A DNA stretch of 64,000 nt from Candidatus Harrisonbacteria bacterium CG10_big_fil_rev_8_21_14_0_10_40_38 (GTDB lineage: Bacteria; Patescibacteriota; Minisyncoccia; UBA6257; 1-14-0-10-40-38), in the NCBI GenBank assembly GCA_002773535.1, contig PFAZ01000001.1, forward strand, positions 241,579 through 305,578. The letters run 5' to 3'. Below are positions 1 through 10,000 of the stretch, piece after piece. The notes beneath the pieces were generated by a model, which saw nothing but the letters and a program-made list of their open reading frames with translations, did not search any database and had not been told where the DNA came from. A program made the translations under genes and the position numbers. Position 1 is the first letter of the stretch; the number at the start of each line of letters is the position of its first letter.

Positions 1-369
1 ATCTGCGGAAATTCGTTCAACTTTTGAACAAAAGCAGTATATTACATAAACCAATAAAAAAGCAACCCCTCTGGCAACCGAAATGCTAGAGGGGTCAAAG
101 TTGGCACGAGCGAATGGAGATTGAAAAAGGGGAAGAAGAAGGGGATGGAATTTTACGTGCACGCTTTACGCGCACAACCACTCGCTCGTGCCATATTCTA
201 ATAACTTATGAGAGGATTGCTTCAGCAGTTTAAGGTGGGGTTTTTAGCAATTTACGCCCGCAATTTTTCGATCAATCGGGTATTGGCAGGATTGCGAACA
301 ACCTTCACATAAGCTACTTTCGATGAGCTGACAGAAAGAATATCAGAAATAAAAAATAAGTCAACAAAC

Positions 370-1017
370 CTACCCCCTCCACTCTTCAATTCTCTTATGA
401 TCTCCGGAAAGCAACACCTTTGGGACCTTCCAGTTCTTTTTCCTAGTTCCTTTGCCTTTTACAATAAAATCCTCTGGTTTTGTGTAAACCTTATATGAAC
501 CCTTAACCTCTTCTAAAGATTCGTGCTTTCCTAAAACCCCAGAAACAAATCTAGAAACCGCATCTACAACAATCATTGCCGGAAGCTCACCACCGGAAAG
601 CACAAAATCACCAATAGATATTTCCTCATCAGCAATATACTTTGCCACACGCTCATCAACCCCTTCATATCTGCCACAAATCAAAATCAACTCATCATAT
701 TTAGAAAGTCTTTTAGCAATCTTCGCATCAAAAACTTTACCTCTAGTTGAAAACAAAATCGTCCGAGTTTTAAGTTTTTTGCTTTTAGCTTTAATCCTAT
801 TAACAGCCTTAAAAATTGGCTCGACTTTCAAAACCATCCCCGGTCCCCCGCCATAAGGCGTATCATCAACTTTTCTATGTTTATCGGTAGCAAAATCCCT
901 TATATCGTAAGCTGAAATAGAAATAAGCCGCTTCTCCTGCGCACGCTTCAAAATTGACTCACTAATATATGAATCAAACATTTTTGGAAAAATTGTAAGC
1001 AAATGAAACTTCTTCAT
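370..1017 (-). CDS. trmD: tRNA (guanine37-N1)-methyltransferase TrmD
   Basis: ORF 370..1062. The N-terminus MKKFHLLTIFPKMF and the glycine-rich GGGPGMV SAM-binding motif match TrmD. Start moved to the internal Met at 1015-1017 because the N-terminal 15 codons look like read-through. Stop is TAG. Confidence 0.88.
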   Translation of the reverse strand: MKKFHLLTIFPKMFDSYISESILKRAQEKRLISISAYDIRDFATDKHRKVDDTPYGGGPGMVLKVEPIFKAVNRIKAKSKKLKTRTILFSTRGKVFDAKIAKRLSKYDELILICGRYEGVDERVAKYIADEEISIGDFVLSGGELPAMIVVDAVSRFVSGVLGKHESLEEVKGSYKVYTKPEDFIVKGKGTRKKNWKVPKVLLSGDHKRIEEWRG

Positions 1018-1165
1018 TCCCAGAACCCTACCAAATTTGACAAAATTAATCAAAAACATCAAAAACTAGAACGCCGCAAATATAAGTTATTTTTCAAAAA
1101 AAGCAAGAAAAAGGCGACTACTAAAGCAAAATTAGTAGTCGCCTAGAAATCACCAATCAAGAAAT

Positions 1166-1444
1166 CTAATCTTCGTTCCTGTCAACGCCCATTTTTTGAA
1201 GTTTATCGTTTAAGATATTCCTTTTATCCATATTCATATTTCTAGCATCACTATCAGTTTCTTTAGTCCATTCATCTTCTAGGACACTACGAAGAGATTT
1301 AAGCTCTCCAACGTCATCTGACAAGCTTTCTTCAAAGGCTTTAAGACTTTCTTGCATCTTTCTCTGATCTTCCTTATATTTCTCGTGCGAACTATCACGT
1401 TCAGACTCCCACTCCGACTTAGAACTTGGATTTTCAAAACCCAT
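1166..1444 (-). CDS. hypothetical acidic coiled-coil protein
   Basis: 92-aa ORF rich in Glu/Asp/Lys. A purine-rich AAGGAAG motif sits just upstream of the ATG (rc of 1445-1460). No family recognised. Confidence 0.45.
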   Translation of the reverse strand: MGFENPSSKSEWESERDSSHEKYKEDQRKMQESLKAFEESLSDDVGELKSLRSVLEDEWTKETDSDARNMNMDKRNILNDKLQKMGVDRNED

Positions 1445-1595
1445 AATGCTTCCTTTATTTCTGTTGATTGATAAAAAACCGACCCAGATACAAGCATATA
1501 AGATACTTCTTTATTTTCCAAACCCCAACCAAACGATTAAATATTCCCCAACCACCACAAGAGTTTTTGATTTTTCTATATAAAAACTAATTATT

Positions 1596-1728
1596 AAAAT
1601 AAAGTCTCTGAACGGATTGTGAAGCCGTTTTGGCATGGTTCCCGATCCCATTTGTGGGGAGGGACAAAACGGCTGAACCCTCGGAGTCTCGCGCTGGCGA
1701 GACGAGAATGAGTAAAGAGACTTTATTT
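1596..1728. ncRNA. candidate structured RNA element X. A 13-bp closing stem (aaataaagtctct / agagactttattt) encloses nested GC-rich hairpins.
   Basis: Inner helices seen directly: agccgttttg/caaaacggct, gtctcgc-gctg-gcgagac, ccca-tttg-tggg. GC is well above the local average and there is no ORF. Function unknown. Confidence 0.3.
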
Positions 1729-1744
1729 TAAACAAATCATTAAC

Positions 1745-1819
1745 CACAAAAAATCAAAAACCGCAGCCCTAAAGATTGCTTCCTATAATTCCCCAACCCC
1801 AACGAAGGTTTCTGATTTT
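1745..1819. repeat. hairpin repeat unit (aaaaatcaaaaaccgcagcc ... ggtttctgatttt). Related copies at 1545..1573 and 1990..2035.
   Basis: An imperfect inverted repeat atcaaaaacc/ggtttYtgat. The motif ccccaaccNcaaNgaagNtttYtgatttt recurs three times within 500 bp. Confidence 0.5.
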
Positions 1820-1831
1820 AAAAAAGTATCA

Positions 1832-1974
1832 GAATATTATTCTTTATATTTTGGAAGCTATCGGAGGCAAAATTCAACATTGGTATCTCTAAAATTACAT
1901 TTTGCCGAGATGCAGGAGTCACTCACTGCTCAAAGTGAGTGAACTCCGATTTCAAAATGTAAAGAATAATATTC
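1832..1974. repeat. structured repeat element Y, copy A. The core is about 95 nt and the closing stem about 23 bp.
   Basis: Core 1858..1950 is about 97% identical to 17458..17551. It contains two internal hairpins (ggcaaaat..attttgcc and ggagtcactcact..agtgagtgaactcc). The outer stem gaatattattctttatattttggaa / ttcaaaatgtaaagaataatattc is unrelated in sequence to the copy-B stem but pairs equally well. Confidence 0.6.
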
Positions 1975-1989
1975 AAAAACACATCCGTA

Positions 1990-2035
1990 AAAATCAAAAA
2001 CCGCAGCCTCCCTCACGAAGGCGCGGTTCTTGATA
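1990..2035. repeat. hairpin repeat unit (atcaaaaaccgc ... gcggttcttgat)
   Basis: 12-bp imperfect inverted repeat sharing the aaaaatcaaaaaccgcagcc motif with 1748..1768. Confidence 0.45.
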
Positions 2036-2048
2036 GAAAGGGAAAATT

Positions 2049-2363
2049 TTACATTCCCATATCGTCTGACGAACCAGATTCTGATGGCATCGGACGTGAT
2101 CCGCGAGTAGAACCTTCCGGCTCTTCAATCTTCAAATTCACTCTCGCATCGTTCTTTATTCCAACGATTCGCAAAAGAGAACGGATTGCTTTCGCAGTAG
2201 CGCCCTGCCTACCAACAACCTGACCCATGTCTTGAGGATTTACGTGAAGCGATAGGAGAACTCCCATCTCATCAACACGCCTCTCAATCTTAACGTCTTC
2301 CGGATGGTCAACGATAGATTTTACGAGGAACTCAAGAAATTCCTGATCAGCCACATTATTCAT
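2049..2363 (-). CDS. KH-domain RNA-binding protein (YlqC/UPF0109-like)
   Basis: 104 aa. A GxxG-type KH motif (VVGRQGATAKAIRSLL). Sits in the conserved position between rpsP and trmD. Confidence 0.7.
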   Translation of the reverse strand: MNNVADQEFLEFLVKSIVDHPEDVKIERRVDEMGVLLSLHVNPQDMGQVVGRQGATAKAIRSLLRIVGIKNDARVNLKIEEPEGSTRGSRPMPSESGSSDDMGM

Positions 2364-2491
2364 ATCAATTCAATTCTGTAAAACAAGGTAAAACGACCTT
2401 TCGAAACAACCCTTACGCCTTAGCGATCAGATTGCAGTAATTAGTCTAACAAATAAATCCAACACGTCAAGTTGACGTGGGGATTAAAAAA

Positions 2492-2890
2492 TTATTGAGA
2501 CTCAGAAGAAGTCTCTTCTGGTTTTGGCTCTGGTTCCGGAGAACTAACTTCAGAACTTACTTTAGCAGTTTCCTGCACAGAAGCAGCTTCCTTAGGCGCT
2601 TCTTCCTCAGCTTTTTTAACCACTATTTTATGAACCGGAATTTTTGGAGAATTTAAAACTCCTGCCCTTACAAGTAGATTATGAACTGTATCAGTAGGTT
2701 TTGCCCCATTACCCATCCAATAATTAACCCTCTCGCCTTCAATTTTTAGGTTATCTTTCTCCTGCATAGGGTTGTACCAGCCAAGATCCTCAACATAACG
2801 CCCCTTAAGTTTTGAGCGTTTTTCCGTAACAACCACCCTATAACTGGGCTGGTGCTTTTTTCCTATTCTTTTAAGCTTTATCGCTAACAT
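2492..2890 (-). CDS. rpsP: 30S ribosomal protein S16 with a C-terminal Ala/Glu/Pro-rich extension
   Basis: The N-terminus MLAIKLKRIGKKHQPSYRVVV matches S16. At 132 aa it is longer than the usual roughly 80 aa and has a low-complexity tail. Stop is TAA. Confidence 0.88.
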   Translation of the reverse strand: MLAIKLKRIGKKHQPSYRVVVTEKRSKLKGRYVEDLGWYNPMQEKDNLKIEGERVNYWMGNGAKPTDTVHNLLVRAGVLNSPKIPVHKIVVKKAEEEAPKEAASVQETAKVSSEVSSPEPEPKPEETSSESQ

Positions 2891-2947
2891 GCCAAGATAT
2901 TACTAAATAAACCGACACCCGTCAATGATTAAACAAATTCTGATAAA

Positions 2948-5104
2948 TTACCCCAGTTTCAGCGATAAAACCTTAGAAGCACCATCCTCGCCCATAGTAA
3001 CGCCATACAAAACATCAGCCGCCTCCATAGTCGTCCTATTATGAGTTACTACAACAAATTGAGTATATTTTGAAAACTCCGAAATAAGCTCTGAGAACCT
3101 TCTGCTATTTGCCTCATCGAGCGCTGCATCCGCCTCATCAAGAACCAAAAACGGTGGTGGAGACACTGAAATAAGCGCAAAAAGCACAGCCATAGAAACC
3201 AAACTCTTTTCCCCACCAGATAACATATCAAGACTATGAATCCTCTTCGAAGGAATAGAGATTTCAACATCGATTCCTCCCAGATCAAGAACTTCTTCAG
3301 CCTCAACCACATTTTCAGGGACCTCCTCTTCGTTTTGAGAAACACTCCTCACAGGAGGACGCGTTACAGAGAGTTTTGCTTTTCCACCTCCAAACATCAT
3401 CCTAAAATACTTTGAGACCCCCTCATTTATCTCATTAAGCGCCTTTGTAAAACCGTCGTGTATCTTTCTATCGAGTTCTTTGAGTAAATTTTTTAAATCA
3501 CCACAAGCTTTTTCAAGATCAGCAAGTTGTTCGGAAAGGAATTGATACCTCTCTTCGGTTTCCTTTGCTTCATCTATTAAAGCCGGATCAATTGCGCCTA
3601 TACTCGCAAGCTCGCCCCTTAATCTTAAAATTTTTCGCTCAATCTCATTTAAAGAAACACTCCCAGTCAAACTTACCGGAGAAAAATCATCAAGCTTTCT
3701 ATCCATCTGAACTGCCTGATGAGCCAGCTCCTCCCGCTTTATAGATAGTCTCTCTCTATCAAATTTTAATGTGTCGCGCGACCTCTCTAAAAGTGACACC
3801 TCTTCACGGACTCTCTGTGCCGCCGAAAAAGCTTCCCGAAAAACATCTGTAAAATCAGTAAGCGCAGAATTATGTTCCGCCTCTTCTTTTTCTAAAATAC
3901 TATATCCGTCTGAAAGTTCTTTAAGTTCAATGAATATTTTCTTTTTTGTCTCTAGAAGACTTTGATCAAGTTGTGGTTTTTCGCCTTTTACCTCAGAGTC
4001 AAAAACAACATCTATTTTTTCTGAAAGACTCTTAAGAAGATTTTTAATCACACGAGAATCACTCTCAAGTAAAATATCTTCCAAAGTTTCTCTAACCTCC
4101 TCCAAAACACGAATAAGCTCGTGAGTATCATAGGGAGAATCCTTTTTTTCCGAATGTATTTCAATTTGAGCATCAATCCTCGCAAGCTCCCTCTCAAGAT
4201 CAATCCTTTTTGAAGATAATTTCTGTTTTTTCTGCTGAATTTCCTGTGAATGTTTTTGCTGTTTTATTTTATCCTCACCGATTTTTTCAATTTTTTTAAG
4301 CTCTGATTCAGCGTGCGAAAGTTTTTCACCTGTTTTTTTTATTTTTTCCTCAATTTCATTTATTTTTGGAGCTATACGCTTATCTTCCTCTTCAAGGTCA
4401 TAAAGCTTTACACCAAAATATTGCTTTTCAAGATCTGTAAGTTCCGCTACTACCTCTGACTGTTTTTCCCATTTAGAAGCCTGTTTCCTAAGAAGTTTTA
4501 AATGTGGCGTAATCTCATCGACAAGACTTTTAACCTTATCCATGTTCGAGAGTGTTGATTTGAGCTTTAATTCGGCATCATGTTTTTTTAACTGATATTG
4601 CCTAAGCCCTAAAATCTCCTCAAGCATAAAACGCCTCTCCTTTGGTGTTGATCGCACAAAAAGATCGGCATCTCCCTGATTTATTATCGTAAAACCCTTT
4701 GTTCCAAGACGAGATTGCGCAAAAAAATCAATTACGTCCTTAAGACGCACCTCAGAGTCATTGATAAAATATTTTGACGAACCATCTCTATCAATTCGCC
4801 TCCTGATTTCAACTTCGTGGAAATCAACAGGGAAAAACCTGCTCGTATTATCAAAAACAATGGTTGCTTGAGCAAATCCAACTCTTGGCCTTTCCGGAGT
4901 ACCAGCAAAAATAAGATCTTCGGCCTTCAGACTTCTCATGCTTTTTGCCTCCCTCTCGCCCAAAAGCCACCTTATTGCATCAATGATATTCGATTTTCCG
5001 CTTCCATTCGGACCAACAACGCCGGTAACTCCACCGGGAAAATTCAAAATAACCTTAGAAGCAAAGGATTTAAAACCAACAAGCTCTAAACGTTTAAGGT
5101 GCAT
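2948..5104 (-). CDS. smc: SMC-family chromosome segregation ATPase (short, 718 aa)
   Basis: N-terminal Walker A GPNGSGKSN. Long coiled-coil middle. C-terminal signature LSGGEKSL and Walker B LVLDEADAALD. Confidence 0.8.
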   Translation of the reverse strand: MHLKRLELVGFKSFASKVILNFPGGVTGVVGPNGSGKSNIIDAIRWLLGEREAKSMRSLKAEDLIFAGTPERPRVGFAQATIVFDNTSRFFPVDFHEVEIRRRIDRDGSSKYFINDSEVRLKDVIDFFAQSRLGTKGFTIINQGDADLFVRSTPKERRFMLEEILGLRQYQLKKHDAELKLKSTLSNMDKVKSLVDEITPHLKLLRKQASKWEKQSEVVAELTDLEKQYFGVKLYDLEEEDKRIAPKINEIEEKIKKTGEKLSHAESELKKIEKIGEDKIKQQKHSQEIQQKKQKLSSKRIDLERELARIDAQIEIHSEKKDSPYDTHELIRVLEEVRETLEDILLESDSRVIKNLLKSLSEKIDVVFDSEVKGEKPQLDQSLLETKKKIFIELKELSDGYSILEKEEAEHNSALTDFTDVFREAFSAAQRVREEVSLLERSRDTLKFDRERLSIKREELAHQAVQMDRKLDDFSPVSLTGSVSLNEIERKILRLRGELASIGAIDPALIDEAKETEERYQFLSEQLADLEKACGDLKNLLKELDRKIHDGFTKALNEINEGVSKYFRMMFGGGKAKLSVTRPPVRSVSQNEEEVPENVVEAEEVLDLGGIDVEISIPSKRIHSLDMLSGGEKSLVSMAVLFALISVSPPPFLVLDEADAALDEANSRRFSELISEFSKYTQFVVVTHNRTTMEAADVLYGVTMGEDGASKVLSLKLG

Positions 5105-5120
5105 TATTGTTTCAATTTAA

Positions 5121-5825
5121 CTATTCTACATTTCCTGACTGCATACTATCGAGTGCTAATTTTGCCGCTTCAACCTCTGCTTCTTGCTTGGAATAACCAA
5201 CACCCTCAGCAATAAGTTTATCACCAAAGAAAACTCCTATGGTAAAAGTTTTCTGATGGTCCAAGCCGCTTTCGGCAAGAACCTTATAAGTAGGCGTTAG
5301 TTTAAATTTCTCCTGAACAATTTCCTGCAAAAGACTCTTTGTGTCTTTATACAAACCTTTCTTCATTACCTCATCCAATTTTGAAAGAATAAACTTCAAA
5401 ATAAAAGACTTAGCAGTCTGATACCCACCATCAAGATATATTGCGCCAATCAAAGATTCCAAGGTATTTGCCAATATAACTTCACGCGCTCTTCCTATGT
5501 CTTTCGACTCTCCTTTTGAAAGAAACAGGAATTGCTCCAGTGATATTTCTCTAGATATCGACGCCATCATCTGATAATTCACAAGCGCAGACCTTATTGG
5601 CGTAAGCTGACCCTCGGTATAATCAGGAAACCTAAAAAACAGCTCCTCCGTAACGATAAGCTCCACAACCGCATCACCTAAAAACTCGAGCCGCTCGTTA
5701 TGCGAAACAGGCCACTTCGGATCTTCGTTTAAATAAGACCTGTGAGTTAGTGATTCTTTTATAAGATTAGGATCCTTAAATGTGTAAGAAATAATCCGCT
5801 CTAGCTCAGAAATATTTTTTTGCAT
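5121..5825 (-). CDS. rnc: ribonuclease III
   Basis: RNase III signature ERLEFLGDAVVEL, plus a C-terminal double-stranded-RNA-binding domain (dsRBD)-like tail. Confidence 0.85.
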   Translation of the reverse strand: MQKNISELERIISYTFKDPNLIKESLTHRSYLNEDPKWPVSHNERLEFLGDAVVELIVTEELFFRFPDYTEGQLTPIRSALVNYQMMASISREISLEQFLFLSKGESKDIGRAREVILANTLESLIGAIYLDGGYQTAKSFILKFILSKLDEVMKKGLYKDTKSLLQEIVQEKFKLTPTYKVLAESGLDHQKTFTIGVFFGDKLIAEGVGYSKQEAEVEAAKLALDSMQSGNVE

Positions 5826-5907
5826 ATTAGAGTGAGCGACATGTGATATGAGACATGACTCAAAGCATATCCCCTGTCACATATAGCCCGTAAATACAGA
5901 TAAAAAT

Positions 5908-6378
5908 CTATTTATTTTTTTCAACTTTTTCTGGCGAAACCAAGTCACTTTTATTCTCGGTTTTCTCCATTTCTTTGTATACCGTTCCTAAAACCCCATT
6001 AATAAACCTTCCAGAATTTATTCCCCCATAATTCTTTGCAAGTTCTATTGCTTCATTTATAGCAACTTTCGAAGGAACTTCATTCTTGTCAGCATATAAA
6101 AGCTCAAAAAGACCCAATCTAAGAACATTTCTATCAATTATCGAAATCTGATCAAGCGGCCACTCTGGAGCGGTTTTTACTATAATCGAATCAATTGAAT
6201 CAATGTGTTCTATTACACCTTTTGCTAATTTCCATGCAAAGTCCGGTTCATCTACCCCGAGCGCAAATTCATTTAAATTTCTCTCGAGTACAGCAGCAAG
6301 ATCTACTTTCTTGTGCTGAAAATCCCATTCGTATAGGGACTGAAGGACGACCGAACGGATAAGTTGACGTGTAGCCAT
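5908..6378 (-). CDS. nusB: transcription antitermination factor NusB
   Basis: 156 aa, all-helical, NusB-like. N-terminus [17 protein letters not shown]. Confidence 0.7.
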   Translation of the reverse strand: MATRQLIRSVVLQSLYEWDFQHKKVDLAAVLERNLNEFALGVDEPDFAWKLAKGVIEHIDSIDSIIVKTAPEWPLDQISIIDRNVLRLGLFELLYADKNEVPSKVAINEAIELAKNYGGINSGRFINGVLGTVYKEMEKTENKSDLVSPEKVEKNK

Positions 6379-6463
6379 ATATTTTTTAGGAACGTACTTC
6401 GGCTGACTTTACTCCGCCTCTCTTCAAACTATAACCACAGATCAAAGGCTAATCAAGTGAAAA

Positions 6464-6886
6464 TCAGGAAGTCTGCTCCGTTTTATCTTCCTCCGGCTTT
6501 GCAGTTTCTGGGTTTTCCTGCTCTACAGTCTGCATATCCTCTGTTTTTTTCTCGTCATCCGAATTCTGGGAATCCATTTCCATCTCTGCCTCCACAGACT
6601 CTTTGGTAGCATCTACAGACTCTCCAGAAACCCCCGAGGCCTCTTCAACAACCGGCGCCTGAACAGCCTCAGCTGCCCCAACATCAGTCTTTTCCATCGC
6701 TTCTGGCTTATAATGTTTAGTTCTCTCGGGTTTAGTATAAACCCCACACTGTATACAGGCCTTATGAGGCAAAACAGGCCCTTTGCACTGCAAGCAAACC
6801 AAAATCTTAGCCGGTTTTAAGGCTAAGTGTGCTCGGCGTCTGCCAACCTTCGATTTAGAATGATGTTTTACTGGAACTCCTCCCAT
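6464..6886 (-). CDS. rpmF: 50S ribosomal protein L32 with a long acidic C-terminal extension
   Basis: MGGVPVKHHSKSKVGRRRAHLALK... CLQC...C..CG matches the zinc-ribbon L32. The start is the internal Met at 6884-6886. About 80 extra acidic residues follow the L32 domain. Confidence 0.75.
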   Translation of the reverse strand: MGGVPVKHHSKSKVGRRRAHLALKPAKILVCLQCKGPVLPHKACIQCGVYTKPERTKHYKPEAMEKTDVGAAEAVQAPVVEEASGVSGESVDATKESVEAEMEMDSQNSDDEKKTEDMQTVEQENPETAKPEEDKTEQTS

Positions 6887-7009
6887 AAAAAAAGTAACGT
6901 AACAATAATCGAAATGCGCCAGTGTGTCAAATAATCCATAAAAACCAACAAAAAAATAGAAACTAAAAATAAATATCGGCAAGGCTTTTTTCCACACCCA
7001 CTAACCGAC

Positions 7010-7015
7010 TATAAT
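7010..7015 (+). promoter_or_regulatory. candidate -10 box TATAAT upstream of dnaE
   Basis: tataat at 7010-7015, 8 nt before the dnaE ATG. It would give a leaderless or near-leaderless transcript. No convincing -35. Confidence 0.25.
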
Positions 7016-7023
7016 TAGTTGTC

Positions 7024-10000
7024 ATGCCACGATTTACACACCTTCACACCCACTCACATTATTCACTTCTCGATGGACTTTCAAAAATCGAAGATCTTGT
7101 AAATCATGCAAAAGAACTTGGAATGGATTCTCTGGCTATCACCGACCATGGAAATCTTTACGGTGCAGTAGAATTTTATAAAAAAGCTAAAGCCGCGGGC
7201 ATAAAACCAATCCTCGGAGTTGAAGCCTACATCGCGCCGGGAGATCACACAGAAAAGAGTTCAAATGGAGAAAGAAAATATTATCATCTAACACTTCTGG
7301 TAGAAAACGAAACAGGTTGGAAGAATTTAATAAAACTCGTCTCCGAAGCACACCTAAACGGCTTTTACTACAAGCCGAGAATGGACAAAAAGATGCTCGC
7401 AGAAAATCATGAAGGCATAATCGCCCTTTCGGGTTGTCCTGCAGGAGAAGTTTCAAACCGACTAATGGAAGGAAAATATGATTTAGCAAAAGAAGCGGCA
7501 AAAGAATACGAAGAGATATTCGGCAAAGGAAATTTTTTTATCGAAATTGACCATCATCCAAAAATAAAAGAAATTGCGCCTTTAAGAGAAGGACGCGTTC
7601 GACTTTCAAAAGAAACTGGCATACCACTTGTCGCCACACAAGACATCCACTACACAAAAAAAGAAGATGCAGAATACCACGACATCCTCCTCGCAGTTCA
7701 AACGGGTGACAAATTAAGTGACCCCGACCGACTCTCCCTCAAAGCTGATGATTTTTCAATGCGCTCACCGGAAGAAATGGCAAGTTATTTTGAAGATGTT
7801 CCAGAGGCAATCGAAAATACCGCAAAAATTGCGGACAGATGCAATATCGAAATAGAGCTCGGCAAAACAAAACTCCCAAAATTTGAAGTACCGGATGGAA
7901 CTGATTCGATAATCTATCTCGAAAAACTACTTAACGAAAAAATTTCTGAAAGATACCCGGAAATCACACAAGAAATCAAAGACCGTCTAGAAAGAGAACT
8001 TTCCGTCATTAAACGCACGGGTTTTGCCGATTACTTCCTTATTGTTCAAGACTTTGTTAACTGGGCAAAAGAAAGAGGCATTGTCGTAGGTCCAGGAAGA
8101 GGTTCTGCTGCTGGAAGCATAATTTCATACATTTTAAAAATTACCGACCTTGACCCAATCAAATACGAACTTCTTTTTGAAAGATTCTTAAACCCCGAAC
8201 GTATTCAAATGCCTGATATAGACATCGACATAACTGATGTCAGACGCGACGAAGTTTTAGGTTACCTAAAAGAAACATATGGCGAAGACCACGTTGCAAA
8301 CATCATAACTTTTGGAACAATGGCTGCCCGCGCTGCCATAAGAGACGTAGGCCGCGCTCTCGGTATTAGTTACTCATTCTGCGATCAGATTGCAAAGCTC
8401 ATCCCTTTCAACCTAAAACTTGCGAAATCTCTCGAAACCGTAGTTGAGCTTTCCGAAATGTATAAAAAAGATGAACAAGCAAAAAAACTCATTGATTCAG
8501 CAATGCACCTCGAAGGGGTAGCGCGTCATGCTTCAGTACACGCCTGCGGCATCGTTATAACTGAAAAGCCCATAACAGAATACCTCCCACTTCAACGCTC
8601 ACCGCAAGACCAAAATGTCATAGTTACTCAGTTTGAAATGCATGCCGTAGAAGACCTGGGTCTCCTAAAAATGGATCTTCTTGGGCTTCGAAACTTAACA
8701 ATCATTGAAAATACCATTCGTCTCGTCGAAGAACTTCACGGAGAAAAAATAAATATCAGCAAAATCACACTTGAAGATCCGGAAGTTTTTAAACTTCTCC
8801 AAGCGGGAGAAACCATGGGCGTATTTCAGCTTGAGTCTGCCGGCATGCGCAGATATTTAAAAGAATTAAAGCCAACAAGCATTGAAGACATCATTGCCAT
8901 GGTCTCCTTATATAGACCGGGCCCGATGGAGCTTATTCCTGAATACATTGCCAGAAAGCACGGCCGAAAGCCCGTCACCTATCTCCATCCAAAACTTAAA
9001 GCAATCCTAGAAAACACATATGGCATCGGAGTTTATCAGGAGCAAATGATGCGCATAGCACGTGACCTTGCCGGCTATAGCCTAGCTGAAGCTGATACCC
9101 TCCGAAAAGCCATTGGTAAAAAAATAAAAAAACTCCTCGATGAGCAGGAAGAAAAACTGATCGCAGGCATGATTAAAAACGGCGTCGATGAGAAAACCGC
9201 AAAAGCAGTCTGGGAACTTTTTCCCTCATTCGCCCGCTACGGATTCAATAGGTCCCATGGAGCCTGCTACGCAATGATCGCCTATGAAACCGCATATCTA
9301 AAAGCTCATTACCCGATTGAGTTCATGACCGCGCTCCTAAATGCAGAGTCAGGAGACATAGAAAGAACCGCTATCCTCGTAACTGAAGCCAAAAGAGTAA
9401 ATATCGAAATCCTTCCACCAAACATAAATAAAAGCGGAGCCACATTTATGCCCGAAAAAGAAAATGGAAAAGACGGCATACGTTTTGGACTCTCGGCAAT
9501 AAAAAACGTCGGCGCAAATATTGTTGCCGCCATAATCGAAAACAGATCCGCAGAAGGTCCGTTCGAAAACCTAAGCGCACTACTCTCACGTGTCCAGCAC
9601 AAAGACCTAAATAAAAAATCCCTCGAAAGTCTTATCAAATGCGGCGCGCTTGATACTTTAGGCACAGAACGTAATCAGGCGCTCCAAAATATTGAAGAAC
9701 TTCTTAAATTTGCCAACCTTTATAAAAAAGAACAGAAAACCTCTCAAAACAGCCTTTTTGAATCCCTTTCATTCTCACCGCAATCACTTAAGTTAAAAGA
9801 TGTTCCACCAGCCAGCTCATCTGAACGTCTTGCGTGGGAAAAAGAGCTCCTGGGGCTTTACGTTACAGACCACCCTTTAAACCAACACAAAGAACGCATA
9901 GAACAAGTTAAAGCGTCTCCGATTAAATACCTTCTAGCAAACGGAAGCGATCGTGAGTATGCTCGCGTCGTTGGCATAGTCTCAAGACTTCAAAAAATCG

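Noticed and set aside
3049-3345. Antisense ORFs inside larger genes, for example 3049..3345, 7187..7501, 9309..9665, 13923..14216, 19489..19914
   Set aside because: These are shadow ORFs fully embedded in well-supported genes (smc, dnaE, gatB, gyrB). They have low-complexity translations.
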